Position numbers and translations under genes: made by a program. DNA of 64,000 nt from a virus: positions 1-64,000 of IMG/VR virus record IMGVR_UViG_3300032003_000001; one strand, given 5' to 3'. The notes under the pieces were generated by a model. The model was not told where the DNA came from and made no database searches. It saw only the letters and a list, made by a program, of their open reading frames with translations. This document shows, piece by piece, positions 1 through 9,404 of the stretch (its first letter is position 1; every line of letters begins with the position of its first letter).

Positions 1-643
1 CGTCTTCAACTCCCCGACCCGCATCCGCGACCACGCGGGCGAGTTCGACGAGACGATCGTCCCCGGCGCGTTCAAGCGCAGCCTGGCCGAGCGCACCCCG
101 GTGCTCCAGTGGGACCACGGCCGCGACCCCTCCGTTGGCACGGCGCCGATCGGGGACGTCACCGACCTGCGTGAAGACGACCACGGCCTGCTGGTGCGCG
201 CCCGCCTGTACGACCACCCGAGCACGGAGCGGGTGCGAATGGCGATCAAGGGCAAGTCCGTCAAGGGCATGAGCTTCCGCTTCGGCGTCCCCGAGGGCGG
301 CGAGTCGTGGTCGAAGCGGGACGGCGTCGAGCAGCGGGAGATCCGCGACGCCGACGTCCACGAACTGGGCCCGGTCGTCTTCCCCGCCTACAAGAGCACC
401 ACGGTCAGCGTCCGGGACCTGCTGGCCACCCTCGACCCGGACGAGTACCGGGAACTGATCCGCGAGCTTGCCGCCGAACTCCGGCGCGCCCCGGATCTCA
501 CAGACCTCGTCGGGCAGTCCGGGCCGGAGCGCCCGGGCGGCGACGACCTCGGCTCGGAGCCCAGCAGCGGCCGAGTGCCGGACCCCCACCTCCGCCAGCG
601 CCTGGATGAAGGCGCACTCCGAGTCCGAGGGATTCTCAGGTGA
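1..643 (+). CDS. HK97-type prohead maturation protease (5' end outside window)
   Basis: Frame open from nt 2. GAFKRSL...LQWDHG...KGMSFRF...VHELGPVVFPAY pattern is typical of HK97 prohead proteases. GTGA stop/start overlap with the capsid gene. Confidence 0.8.
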   Translation, partial: VFNSPTRIRDHAGEFDETIVPGAFKRSLAERTPVLQWDHGRDPSVGTAPIGDVTDLREDDHGLLVRARLYDHPSTERVRMAIKGKSVKGMSFRFGVPEGGESWSKRDGVEQREIRDADVHELGPVVFPAYKSTTVSVRDLLATLDPDEYRELIRELAAELRRAPDLTDLVGQSGPERPGGDDLGSEPSSGRVPDPHLRQRLDEGALRVRGILR

Positions 644-2211
644 ATAACACCGCCCGGCCGACGCTGATCGGCTACCGCAAGAACGGCGCCCCCATCTGGC
701 TTATCCAGGGTGGCGCCATCGACATCATGCCGGAGCTGCGCGGCGCATCGGCCGACAGCAACGACGACGCCCTCTACGAGGCGCTGCGGGGTAAAACCCC
801 CGACGACCTCACCCACTTTGTCGAGGTTCTGGACGCGCACCTGCGCACCATCCACCAGGACGAGCACACCGGCGAACTGCGGGACAAGACGCCCGCCGAG
901 CAGACCGCCTTCGACTTCGGCCTGCGGCTGCGCGATCTCGCGATCAAGAAGGTCGACGAGCACCGGGCGGTGCAGGAGGTCTTCAAGCGGCGCCCCAAGT
1001 CCGTCGAGGCGGCGATGCTGAACCTGGGCACCCGCGACAAGGCGGACCCGTACGGCGACATCCGCCGGATGACGGTCTCCGAGGCCCGGGACCGGGCGCT
1101 GCGCATCCTCGATGACCGCAACTCGGCCGCGCACCTGAGTGGCGAGGAGAAGGACACCGTCGAGCGGCAGGTCCGTGTCTCGACCGACATCGCCCGCCGG
1201 ATCCTGGTCACCGAGCACGAGGCGTACCGGGACGCGTGGTTGAAGATGGTCACCCGCCCCAACGGCGCGATGTACCTCAACGAGGACGAGCGTCGCGCGA
1301 TGATGGCGTTCGACGAGTACCGGACCATGTCGGAGGGAACGACCACAGCGGGAGGATTCGGAATCCCCGTTTTCATCGATCCCTCGATCATCCTCACCGC
1401 GCAGGGGTCCGGGAATCCGTTCCTCCAGATCGCCCGGCAGGTCGACGTCAACACCAACGCCTGGAAGGGCGTGTCCTCGGCCGGCGTGAACTGGTCCTTC
1501 GATACCGAAGGCGTCGAGGTCTCCGACGACTCCCCGACGCTGGCCCAGCCGACGGTCACCGTCTACATGGCCCGCGGTCTGATCCCCTACACCATCGAGG
1601 TGGGCCAGGACTACCCGAGTTTCGCCGCCGAGATGAGCACCCTCCTCGCCGAGGGCTACGACGAGCTGCTCGTCGACAAGTTCACCCGCGGAACCGGCAC
1701 CGGCGAACCGCAGGGCATCCTCACCGTGCTGTCGGCCACGGCCGGCGCCCGGGTCGCGGTCCAGACCTCCGGCGTGAACTTCGGCGCCAACGACCCGTAC
1801 GCCGTCTGGAAGGCGCTCGGCCAGCGGTTCCGCCGCAAGGCGGCCTGGATGATGTCCGTGGACGTCAACAACAAGATCCGCCAGATCGGCACGGCGAACG
1901 TGTTCCACGCGTTCACCGAGTCGCTGCCCGCCGAATGGGCGGACATGCTGTTCGGCAAGACGGTGTACGAGTCGCCGTACATGCCGGACACCACCACGTC
2001 GACCGCGGCGAACTCGGGGCTGGCGATCGTCGGGGACTTCCAGCAGTACGTCATTGCTCGAAGGGGCGGCATGAGCGTCGAGCTTGTGCCCCATTTGACC
2101 AGTACGACTACAAATCTGCCGAATGGCACCCGGGCGTGGTTCGCGTACAGCCGCATCGGTGGCGGGGCAGCGAGTACGAGCGCGTTTAAGTTGCTGGTCA
2201 ACACGGCGTAG
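640..2211 (+). CDS. major capsid protein, HK97 fold, with long N-terminal scaffold/delta-like region
   Basis: 523 aa. Charged helical N-terminal ~190 aa, then a GFGIPVFIDPS...WKGVSSAGVNWSFD...YTIEVGQDY core. Position directly after the protease. Confidence 0.85.
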   Translation: MNNTARPTLIGYRKNGAPIWLIQGGAIDIMPELRGASADSNDDALYEALRGKTPDDLTHFVEVLDAHLRTIHQDEHTGELRDKTPAEQTAFDFGLRLRDLAIKKVDEHRAVQEVFKRRPKSVEAAMLNLGTRDKADPYGDIRRMTVSEARDRALRILDDRNSAAHLSGEEKDTVERQVRVSTDIARRILVTEHEAYRDAWLKMVTRPNGAMYLNEDERRAMMAFDEYRTMSEGTTTAGGFGIPVFIDPSIILTAQGSGNPFLQIARQVDVNTNAWKGVSSAGVNWSFDTEGVEVSDDSPTLAQPTVTVYMARGLIPYTIEVGQDYPSFAAEMSTLLAEGYDELLVDKFTRGTGTGEPQGILTVLSATAGARVAVQTSGVNFGANDPYAVWKALGQRFRRKAAWMMSVDVNNKIRQIGTANVFHAFTESLPAEWADMLFGKTVYESPYMPDTTTSTAANSGLAIVGDFQQYVIARRGGMSVELVPHLTSTTTNLPNGTRAWFAYSRIGGGAASTSAFKLLVNTA

Positions 2212-2263
2212 CCAGCGGATGCCCATGACGACCTCATCCGCCCCGCACCTGAGGGAGACCTCC

Positions 2264-2476
2264 GTGGCAGAAGTAATCAAACCGAAGACCGGCACCGAGA
2301 AGGCGGCTGAACCCAAGGCGCCCGAGCCGAAGAAGGCCGTGCTCGGCAAGGCGGCCGAGTCGGGCGACCCGACCATCCAGCGGCTCCTCGCCGAGCAGGA
2401 GATCCACCGCTCCAACGGCGACGACGAGCAGGTCGACAAGATCCGCGAGCAGCTCGCGGGCCTCGGCTTCGAGTAG
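2264..2476 (+). CDS. small Lys/Glu/Ala-rich protein, function unknown
   Basis: Frame of track ORF 2123..2476. GTG 2264 is 6 nt after GAGGGAG. ATG 2219/2225 are alternative starts. Confidence 0.45.
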   Translation: MAEVIKPKTGTEKAAEPKAPEPKKAVLGKAAESGDPTIQRLLAEQEIHRSNGDDEQVDKIREQLAGLGFE

Positions 2477-2491
2477 CCCCCCACCACCAGC

Positions 2492-2531
2492 GCGGAAGCC
2501 CCGGACCACCCCCACGGTCCGGGGCTTCCGC
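2492..2531 (+). terminator. 16-bp perfect GC-rich hairpin after the capsid module
   Basis: GCGGAAGCCCCGGACC (2492-2507) pairs with GGTCCGGGGCTTCCGC (2516-2531), 8-nt loop. No U-tract, as in many actinobacterial terminators. Confidence 0.55.
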
Positions 2532-2555
2532 GTCCCCAAGGAAGGCCAACCATCC

Positions 2556-2804
2556 ATGAACATCGTGTACGCCAAGGACAGCCTGCGGGTGCAGATGGGC
2601 GACGGCACGACGCGGCGGTACCCGCCCGGGTCACACTGGCCCGCCGACGACCCGTTCGTCCTGGCCAACCCCGGCCAGTTCTCCACCGACCCGCGCTACC
2701 ACCTCGCCTTCAGCGACCCGCGCCCCGAGTACTTCGGCGACGTGGCCGACGAAACGGCCACCGCGAACCCCGGCGAGCGCCGCAACACCCGCCGCACCGC
2801 CTGA
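2556..2804 (+). CDS. hypothetical protein
   Basis: 82-aa track ORF with an ATG start after AAGGAAGG. High third-position GC. Confidence 0.55.
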   Translation: MNIVYAKDSLRVQMGDGTTRRYPPGSHWPADDPFVLANPGQFSTDPRYHLAFSDPRPEYFGDVADETATANPGERRNTRRTA

Positions 2805-2808
2805 ACTC

Positions 2809-2844
2809 CTCCGGCCGGCCGCTGGGATGGTCGGCCGGCCGGAG
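2809..2844 (+). terminator. 13-bp perfect hairpin whose loop contains ATG 2827
   Basis: CTCCGGCCGGCCG (2809-2821) pairs with CGGCCGGCCGGAG (2832-2844). Confidence 0.45.
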
Positions 2845-4356
2845 GTCCACCATCCCGACCTGAAGGACCCACCGTTGACCGACGAACCCGCCGACGTGAC
2901 ACCGGACCCGTCCGAAGCTGTCGCCGTCGCCTACGTCCACTCCGACACCGTCCACTATTCGTGGCACCACTGCATGACCCAGCTGCTCGCCTACGACGCG
3001 GCCACCGAAGGGCGAATCTGGACCGGCGGGTACGTCGCCATCCGAGGCGGCACCGACGGCCTCGCCGAGGCCCGCAACACCGCAGTGCGGGAGTTCCTCG
3101 CCGACTCCACCGCCGGCTGGTTGTGGTGGGTGGACACCGACATGGGCTTCGCCCCGGACACCGTGGACCGGCTGATCGAGGCCGCGGACCCCGCCGAACG
3201 GCCCGTCGTCGGCGCATTGGCCTTCGCCAACCGCGAGGTCGAGAACGACGGCATGGGTGGACGGCGCTCCGTCGTCGCCCCCGTCGTCCTGGACTGGAAG
3301 ACCATCGACGGGGAGTCCGGATTCGACACCCGCTGGGACTACCCGCGCGACACCCTGACCCGGGTCCACGGGGTCGGCTCCGCGTGCGTACTCATCCACC
3401 GGTCCGTGTTCGAGCGGGTCGCCGCCCAGTTTGGGCCCAACTGGTACAGCCGCGCCCGCAACCCCTCCACCGGCGCGCTGATCAGCGAAGACCTGTCCTT
3501 CTGCGTCCGGGTCAACGCTCTGGATATCCCGCTGTACGTGCACACCGGCATCGGGACCACCCACGCGAAACTCGCCTGGCTCGGCGAAGAGGACTACTGG
3601 CGCCAACGCGCCATCAACGCCGAGCCGAGCGTCCAGGGCGGGTTCACGCCCGAGCAGGCTGTTGCTGCCGTTAGTGCCCCCGAGCGGACCTGGACCGTAC
3701 CGCGGTACGCGATCATCCCCACCCACAACCGGCCGGCCCGTCTGCTCGCGCTCGTCGCGTCGCTTCGTGGCCAGTGCGACCACGTCCTGGTCCTCGACAA
3801 CGCATCCGACCCGCCCGCGGACGCCGCCAAACTCACCGGCACGTTCGGCGGGCACGACGTACAGGTCTGGCGCGACAAGGAACAGCCGCCACACCTGAGC
3901 CGGTACTGGAACGTGCTGTTCGACCGGGCCGCCGAGCACGCAGAGTCCGAGGGCATCACCGCCTGGGACGTCGCGGTGCTGAACGACGACGCGACGGTGC
4001 CGGCCGGGTGGTACGACGCCTGCTCGAACGGGCTGCGCGACCACGGGACGGCGATCATCGCGCACACCACCCCGACCCGGCCGGCGCTGCTGACCGAGTT
4101 GGGCAACGACCCCCGCAACCGCATGACCCCGCACGCCTTCGTGATCCGCGGCGAAATCGGCATGCGCGCGGACGAGGCCATGAGGTGGTGGTACTTCGAC
4201 TCCGACCTCGACCAGCGGGCCCGGCTCGCCGGCGGGGTGCTGTCCGTGCGCGGCCCGCAGGTCGCGAACTCGCTGGCCAACACCACCACCAGGGGGGCGC
4301 TGGCCGAGCAGGCCGAGAAGGACCGCGCCGCCTTCGAAGCGAAGTGGTCGGCATGA
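2827..4356 (+). CDS. two-domain GT-A (family 2-like) glycosyltransferase
   Basis: 509 aa. WWVDTDMGF and IIPTHNRP...LNDDATV motifs (two DXD-type sites). TTG 2875 after GAAGGA is an alternative start. Confidence 0.7.
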   Translation: MVGRPEVHHPDLKDPPLTDEPADVTPDPSEAVAVAYVHSDTVHYSWHHCMTQLLAYDAATEGRIWTGGYVAIRGGTDGLAEARNTAVREFLADSTAGWLWWVDTDMGFAPDTVDRLIEAADPAERPVVGALAFANREVENDGMGGRRSVVAPVVLDWKTIDGESGFDTRWDYPRDTLTRVHGVGSACVLIHRSVFERVAAQFGPNWYSRARNPSTGALISEDLSFCVRVNALDIPLYVHTGIGTTHAKLAWLGEEDYWRQRAINAEPSVQGGFTPEQAVAAVSAPERTWTVPRYAIIPTHNRPARLLALVASLRGQCDHVLVLDNASDPPADAAKLTGTFGGHDVQVWRDKEQPPHLSRYWNVLFDRAAEHAESEGITAWDVAVLNDDATVPAGWYDACSNGLRDHGTAIIAHTTPTRPALLTELGNDPRNRMTPHAFVIRGEIGMRADEAMRWWYFDSDLDQRARLAGGVLSVRGPQVANSLANTTTRGALAEQAEKDRAAFEAKWSA

Positions 4357-4970
4357 TCGGATACGGGACCTGTGTCGGCTCCTGGGACAAGCTGCGACGC
4401 AACGTCGCGCCCCGCACTGCCGGCCGGCCGCTGTTCGCCCTGTCCGGGCAGACGCAGCTGACGGTGGCCTACAACACCGTCCTCGACGCCTACCGGGGCA
4501 GGGACCTCGACGCGGTGATCCTGCTGCACGACGACCTGGACATGGTCGACCCGCACGCGGAGGAGAAGTTCCTCAAGGCGCTCGCCGAGCCCGACATGGC
4601 GCTGGTCGGGGTGTGCGGCGGCAAGGGCGACGAGACGCTGGCCTGGTGGACGTCGGAGACCGTTGGTCACCAGATGACCGACTCCGGGATGCTCGACTTC
4701 GGCGAGCGCACCGGGGATGTGGCCTTCATCGAAGGCTCGATCATGGTCTTCAGCCCTTGGGCTGTGGAGAACCTGCGCTTCGACGAGCGGTACCCGGGAT
4801 TCCTCGGCTACGACGACGTCTGCCTCACCGCACGGGCCGCCGGCAAACGGGTCACCGTTGCCGACGTCGACACCCACCACCACTCCACGGTGGGCTTCAA
4901 GTCGCCGGCCATCGCCGCGGCGTGGGATGTCGCGGAGGAGATCTTCCAGGAGAAGTGGTGGGGCCGGTGA
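4353..4970 (+). CDS. glycosyltransferase-like protein
   Basis: 205 aa. ATGA overlap with the upstream stop. ILLHDDLDMV and FIEGSIMVFSPWAV resemble GT2-like family proteins. Confidence 0.55.
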   Translation: MIGYGTCVGSWDKLRRNVAPRTAGRPLFALSGQTQLTVAYNTVLDAYRGRDLDAVILLHDDLDMVDPHAEEKFLKALAEPDMALVGVCGGKGDETLAWWTSETVGHQMTDSGMLDFGERTGDVAFIEGSIMVFSPWAVENLRFDERYPGFLGYDDVCLTARAAGKRVTVADVDTHHHSTVGFKSPAIAAAWDVAEEIFQEKWWGR

Positions 4971-6154
4971 AGCGCACCTCCTGCTCCGCCTGCGGCCACC
5001 AGGATCTCGACGAGTTCCTCGATCTCGGCCTCAGCCCGATCGCCGACGCGTACACCACCACACCGGACGAGCCGGTCGACCGGTTCCCGCTCCAGGTTGC
5101 GGTGTGCGCGAAATGCCGGCTTGTGCAGCTGCTGGAAGTCGTCGACCACGACGTGCTCTTCGGCACCGGGTACTCGTTCTACAGCTCCGCGAGTGCGCCG
5201 CTGAGCGCCTACCACGCCTCGTACGCCCGTGACGTGCTGCGCCGCTACCCGGACCTCGCCCGCCGCGGTGTGGTCGAGGTGGGCTGCAACGACGGGGACC
5301 TGCTGCGCCACTTCGCCGTCTACCCGGCGCTCGGCGTGGACCCCGCCGCCGGCCCGGCCGCCGCGGCCGCCGACCGGGGGCTGGACGTGCTGGTGCGCCC
5401 GTTCGGGCTCGCCGCCGCGTGTGACATTCGTGACCGCCGCGGCCGGGCCGGGATCGTCGTCGCCAACCACGTCCTCGCACACGTCGCCGACGTCGCCGAT
5501 GTCCTCGCCGGCATCCGCGCCCTGCTCGCGCCGGATGGCGTGGCGATGGTCGAGGTCCAGTACCTGCCCGACCTGTTGGTCAACAACGCGTTCGACCTCG
5601 TGTACCACGAGCACCGCAACTTCTTCAGCCTCTCGTCACTGGAGCAGGCGGCGCAGCGGCACGGCCTGTTCGTCGCCGACGCGCAACTCACCGACCGGCA
5701 GGGCGGCTCCCTGCGGGTCACCCTGACCACCAACCCCATTCCCTCGGCACGGGTCGACGCGATCCGGGCGTCGGAACGCTGGCTGCAATCCTGGGGCGCC
5801 TACGAGGGGATGCAGGGACGGGTCGAGCGGATCCGCACCCGCCTCGTCGACCTCATCGCCGCCGAACGGGCGGCGGACCGTATCGTCGCCGGCTGCGGCG
5901 CACCCGCGAAGGCGACGACCCTGCTCAACTTCTGCGGCCTGACCCGCAACGAATTGCGGCTGGTCACCGACACCACCCCGGCCAAGCGGGGCCGCCACAT
6001 ACCCGGCACCGGCATACCGATCCTCGCCCCGGTTGAGGTGACCGGCGGGGTCGACACCTACGTGTGCCTGGCCTGGAACTACACCCGCACGATGATCCGC
6101 AACAACCCCCGGCCCCGGTGGATCGTCCCCATCCCCGCCCCCATGCTGTTGTGA
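4967..6154 (+). CDS. SAM-dependent sugar C-methyltransferase-like protein
   Basis: GTGA overlap. N-terminal CSACG...CAKCRLVQL zinc module, VVEVGCNDGDLL SAM motif and C-terminal C-methyltransferase-like region (TylCIII/NovU type, from memory). Confidence 0.7.
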   Translation: MKRTSCSACGHQDLDEFLDLGLSPIADAYTTTPDEPVDRFPLQVAVCAKCRLVQLLEVVDHDVLFGTGYSFYSSASAPLSAYHASYARDVLRRYPDLARRGVVEVGCNDGDLLRHFAVYPALGVDPAAGPAAAAADRGLDVLVRPFGLAAACDIRDRRGRAGIVVANHVLAHVADVADVLAGIRALLAPDGVAMVEVQYLPDLLVNNAFDLVYHEHRNFFSLSSLEQAAQRHGLFVADAQLTDRQGGSLRVTLTTNPIPSARVDAIRASERWLQSWGAYEGMQGRVERIRTRLVDLIAAERAADRIVAGCGAPAKATTLLNFCGLTRNELRLVTDTTPAKRGRHIPGTGIPILAPVEVTGGVDTYVCLAWNYTRTMIRNNPRPRWIVPIPAPMLL

Positions 6155-7032
6155 CGGCGCTGATCCTGGGAGTCAGCGGCCAGGACGGCTACTACCTGGC
6201 CACGCAGCTGCTCGAAGCCGGCATTGAGGTGCACGGGGTGGTCCGCCGCCGCACATCATGGCCGCTCGGCGTCCGGCTCCACGCCGCGGATCTCCTCGAC
6301 CAGGACTCGCTGCGGCAGGCCCTGCGCCGGTCCCGACCCGACGTGGTCTACAACCTCGCCGCGGTCACCGCGCCCGGCGGGGCGTGGGGAGCCCCGCCGC
6401 CCCCGCTGCTGGCCGAGGTGACCGGGCTCGGCGTGGTCCGGCTGATGGACGCCATGCTGAGGGTCTGCCCGGACGCCCGGCTCGTGCACGCCTCCTCCAG
6501 CGCGGTCTACGACCCGCACCGCTACGGCCTGTACGGCATCAGCAAGCGGTTCGCCCACGATGCGGTGGTCGGTTACCGGAATCGGCTGCGCTGCTCCAAC
6601 GCGGTGCTGTACTCGCACACCTCGCCCCGCCAGGACGGCAGGTTCCTCGCCCCGACGATCTGCGCCACCCTGGCCCGCATCCGTACCGGCTCCCAGGAGC
6701 GACTGCGGCTCACCGACGTCCTTGGCCGCCGCGACTGGGGCTACGCACCCGATTTCACCCGGGCGCTGACGCTGATCGGCACGGCGGACCGGCCCGGAGA
6801 CTGCGCGGTCGCCACCGGGCACCGCCACACGGTGCGGGACTTCGTGGACATCGCCCTCGATGCGGCCGGGCTGGACTGGTCCGTCGTCGACATCGACCAG
6901 GGCCCGGTCGCCCCCGCCGAGCACCCCGCCGACCTCATCGCGGTACGGGCGCTGGGCTGGAGACCCGAGATGGGCTTTGCGGCAATGGTCCGGCTCATGG
7001 TGGAGGCTGCGTGGACATCACCGTCGCCATAG
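6151..7032 (+). CDS. NAD-dependent NDP-sugar dehydratase/epimerase
   Basis: GTGA overlap. ILGVSGQDGYYLATQLLEAGIEVHGVVRR Rossmann motif and YGISKRF (YxxxK). Confidence 0.8.
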   Translation: MTALILGVSGQDGYYLATQLLEAGIEVHGVVRRRTSWPLGVRLHAADLLDQDSLRQALRRSRPDVVYNLAAVTAPGGAWGAPPPPLLAEVTGLGVVRLMDAMLRVCPDARLVHASSSAVYDPHRYGLYGISKRFAHDAVVGYRNRLRCSNAVLYSHTSPRQDGRFLAPTICATLARIRTGSQERLRLTDVLGRRDWGYAPDFTRALTLIGTADRPGDCAVATGHRHTVRDFVDIALDAAGLDWSVVDIDQGPVAPAEHPADLIAVRALGWRPEMGFAAMVRLMVEAAWTSPSP

Positions 7033-7574
7033 CCGTTCACCCACCCCGGCTCGGCGCCGGAGGTCCGTACGAGCGGGCCGCCGCGAGCGTGTGGGCACAG
7101 ACCCTGCAACCGTCCGGCGGCATCGCCGGCGTGCTCGACGAAGCAGGCGACGGGGCTGCGGTCACCCGCAACCGGGCGCTCGACCTGGTCACCACCAAGT
7201 GGGTCGCCTTCCTCGACTCCGACGACGAGTTATACCCGGACCACCTCAAGCTGTGCGCCCGCTACGCCCGCCTCAGCGGCGTTGACGTCGTCTACCCGGG
7301 CTGGGACGGGCCCGACCCGACGGGCATGTTCGGGCAGCCCTTCGATTCGGTGCTGCTCCAGCGAGCGAACTACATCCCCGTCACCGTCCTAGCCCGCACC
7401 GCCGCGGTCCGGGCGGCCGGGGGCTTCCAGGACCACCCCGACGACAACGGTGACCCGTGCGAGGACTGGGGACTCTGGCTGGCCATGTGCGAGCAGGGCG
7501 CCAGGTTCGGACACCTCCCCGTGAAGACGTGGCGCATGCACCCGGGTGGGACCCGGGGACGACCAGACAGGTGA
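7011..7574 (+). CDS. family 2 glycosyltransferase
   Basis: 187 aa. GTG start inside the end of the dehydratase gene. TRNRALDLVTTKWVAFLDSDDELYPDHL (DXD). Confidence 0.7.
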   Translation: MDITVAIAVHPPRLGAGGPYERAAASVWAQTLQPSGGIAGVLDEAGDGAAVTRNRALDLVTTKWVAFLDSDDELYPDHLKLCARYARLSGVDVVYPGWDGPDPTGMFGQPFDSVLLQRANYIPVTVLARTAAVRAAGGFQDHPDDNGDPCEDWGLWLAMCEQGARFGHLPVKTWRMHPGGTRGRPDR

Positions 7575-7587
7575 AGGAGCCCAGATC

Positions 7588-8304
7588 ATGCACGGTGGCA
7601 CCATCGGTCCGGCCGGTGACCTCGGGCTGGCCATCATCCGCAGGTCGGGCGCCCGGATCCCCGTGGTGGAGCCGACGGCCTGGCCCATGCGTCCGGTCAG
7701 CGTCACGGACGTGCTGGAGCACGGAACCCCGCAGAAGGGCCTGTCCCGGGAGGTCAACGACTGGCGGCTGCGAAACCTGCGGAACCTGTGGCGGGGCGTG
7801 CGGCGGGTCGGGCTCGCCCGGTCACTGCGGCTGCCGACCATGTACGGACAGCTGTGGCTGTCAGTGATCCGCGCCGACGGTCAGGTAGTGGACCTGGGTC
7901 TCGCCTCGCTGCGGGTGGTCACCACGGCCGGCGTGAACTTCCTGGTCGACGCGATGCAGGGCATCGTCGAGCCGGAGATCCTCAAATTCCACGGCATCGG
8001 CACCGGCAACACCGCCGAGGCCGCCGCCGACACCGCGCTGGTCACCGAGTCGACCACCGCGCTCAACCCGGACTCCACCCGTGCCACGGGCACGCTGACC
8101 GAAGGTGCCAGCGCGAACATCTACCGCACGGTCGGCACCCTCACCGCGGACGCCACCATCGCCGCCGTCGAGCACGGCATCTTCAGCCAGGCCGCCACGG
8201 GCGGCGGGACGCTGCTCGACCGGTCCGTGTTCTCCACGGTCACCCTGGCCTCGGGTGACTCCCTGCAATCCACCTACGACCTCACGTTCACGGCAGGGAG
8301 CTAA
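7588..8304 (+). CDS. hypothetical virion-module protein
   Basis: ATG 7588 is 7 nt after AAGGAG, in the frame of track ORF 7546..8304. No recognisable motif. Confidence 0.5.
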   Translation: MHGGTIGPAGDLGLAIIRRSGARIPVVEPTAWPMRPVSVTDVLEHGTPQKGLSREVNDWRLRNLRNLWRGVRRVGLARSLRLPTMYGQLWLSVIRADGQVVDLGLASLRVVTTAGVNFLVDAMQGIVEPEILKFHGIGTGNTAEAAADTALVTESTTALNPDSTRATGTLTEGASANIYRTVGTLTADATIAAVEHGIFSQAATGGGTLLDRSVFSTVTLASGDSLQSTYDLTFTAGS

Positions 8305-8309
8305 ACCCC

Positions 8310-8633
8310 ATGGTCAGCATCCAGCAGGCCGCCGGGCCGCCGCCGAACCCCTACGTCTGGGAGTCCCCGGACTACCACGGCAACGTCATCCGGATCACGA
8401 TCAACTTCGACTCCGGGACCGGCGCTCTGACCGGCGCGACGGCGTTCCGGGACACCAACTGCGTCTACCGGAAGATCTACTTCGGGGTCGGGGTCGACGG
8501 GAAACCCGATACCACCGGCCACGTTGTCAACGTCTCGGCCGGCACCGCGAACGTCCCCGCCGGCCAGCTGCACTCCGCCGGCCTGGACACCATCTCCGAC
8601 GTCCTTGCCGGTCAGATCACCGCCGGACCCTGA
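8310..8633 (+). CDS. hypothetical protein
   Basis: 107-aa track ORF, tightly packed in the late operon. Confidence 0.5.
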   Translation: MVSIQQAAGPPPNPYVWESPDYHGNVIRITINFDSGTGALTGATAFRDTNCVYRKIYFGVGVDGKPDTTGHVVNVSAGTANVPAGQLHSAGLDTISDVLAGQITAGP

Positions 8634-8649
8634 CATCCGGGGGTAGGTC

Positions 8650-9393
8650 ATGGCCCTGGCGATCGACGCCTCCACACCCGCGATCGCCACCCAGACCACC
8701 GGCACCGTCGCCACCGTCGCCACCGCATCATTCACCCCACCGTCGGGGTCGGTGCTGCTCATCGGCTGGGCCGCCAACAGCGCCACGGGTGCGGACCCGA
8801 CGACACCGACCATCACCGACAACCTCGGCGTGCACCTGACCTACTCGCTGGTCGCGCACTCGCACCGCGCCGACGGGCCCGCCGCCGACGGGCAGGCAGC
8901 CATGTGGACCGCGGTCGTCGCCTCGTCCGCTGCGATGACCGTGACCGTCACCAACGGCGCGGCCTCCGGATCGCGCGAGGCGGCGCTGCGGGTGTGGGTG
9001 CTGACCGGCGCGGACACCACCACCCCGGTCGGGGCGAGCGGCAAGTCCGGGTCCACTTCCGCCGGCAGCATCGCCCAGAACTACACCGCGCAGATCACCG
9101 GCGGGCAGGGCTTTCTCGCCGACGCGGACTGGGATCTCAAGGGGACCCAGACCGCCGGCACCGGCACCACCCGCGACGGCTCCGCGAACGTGTCCTCCGC
9201 GTTCACCTACGGCTTCTTTCGCCGCACTTCGGCTGACGACGTCAACACGGTCAGCAACACGATCAACGCGACGTTGGGCGGCACCAGCACCAACGTGCGC
9301 TGGGTGTACGCCGAACTCCGCCCCGCCACCGCCGCCACCGTGTCGGACGCCCCGATCCGCCGCCCGCTGATGGGCGCCCTGCTCCAGGTCTGA
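8650..9393 (+). CDS. hypothetical Thr/Ala/Gly-rich virion-module protein
   Basis: 247-aa track ORF in the late operon. Confidence 0.5.
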   Translation: MALAIDASTPAIATQTTGTVATVATASFTPPSGSVLLIGWAANSATGADPTTPTITDNLGVHLTYSLVAHSHRADGPAADGQAAMWTAVVASSAAMTVTVTNGAASGSREAALRVWVLTGADTTTPVGASGKSGSTSAGSIAQNYTAQITGGQGFLADADWDLKGTQTAGTGTTRDGSANVSSAFTYGFFRRTSADDVNTVSNTINATLGGTSTNVRWVYAELRPATAATVSDAPIRRPLMGALLQV

Positions 9394-9404
9394 GGAGGCT
9401 CCAC

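Noticed and set aside
388-2634. 748-aa minus-strand ORF, with other long antisense or alternate-frame ORFs such as 2710..4134 (-), 13635..14714 (+), 14801..16372 (-), 32570..33625 (-) and 48922..50370 (-)
   Set aside because: These are Arg/Pro/Gly-rich translations opposite or out of frame with genes that have clear motifs. Stop-poor shadow ORFs like these are expected at about 70% GC. Third-position GC favours the annotated frames.
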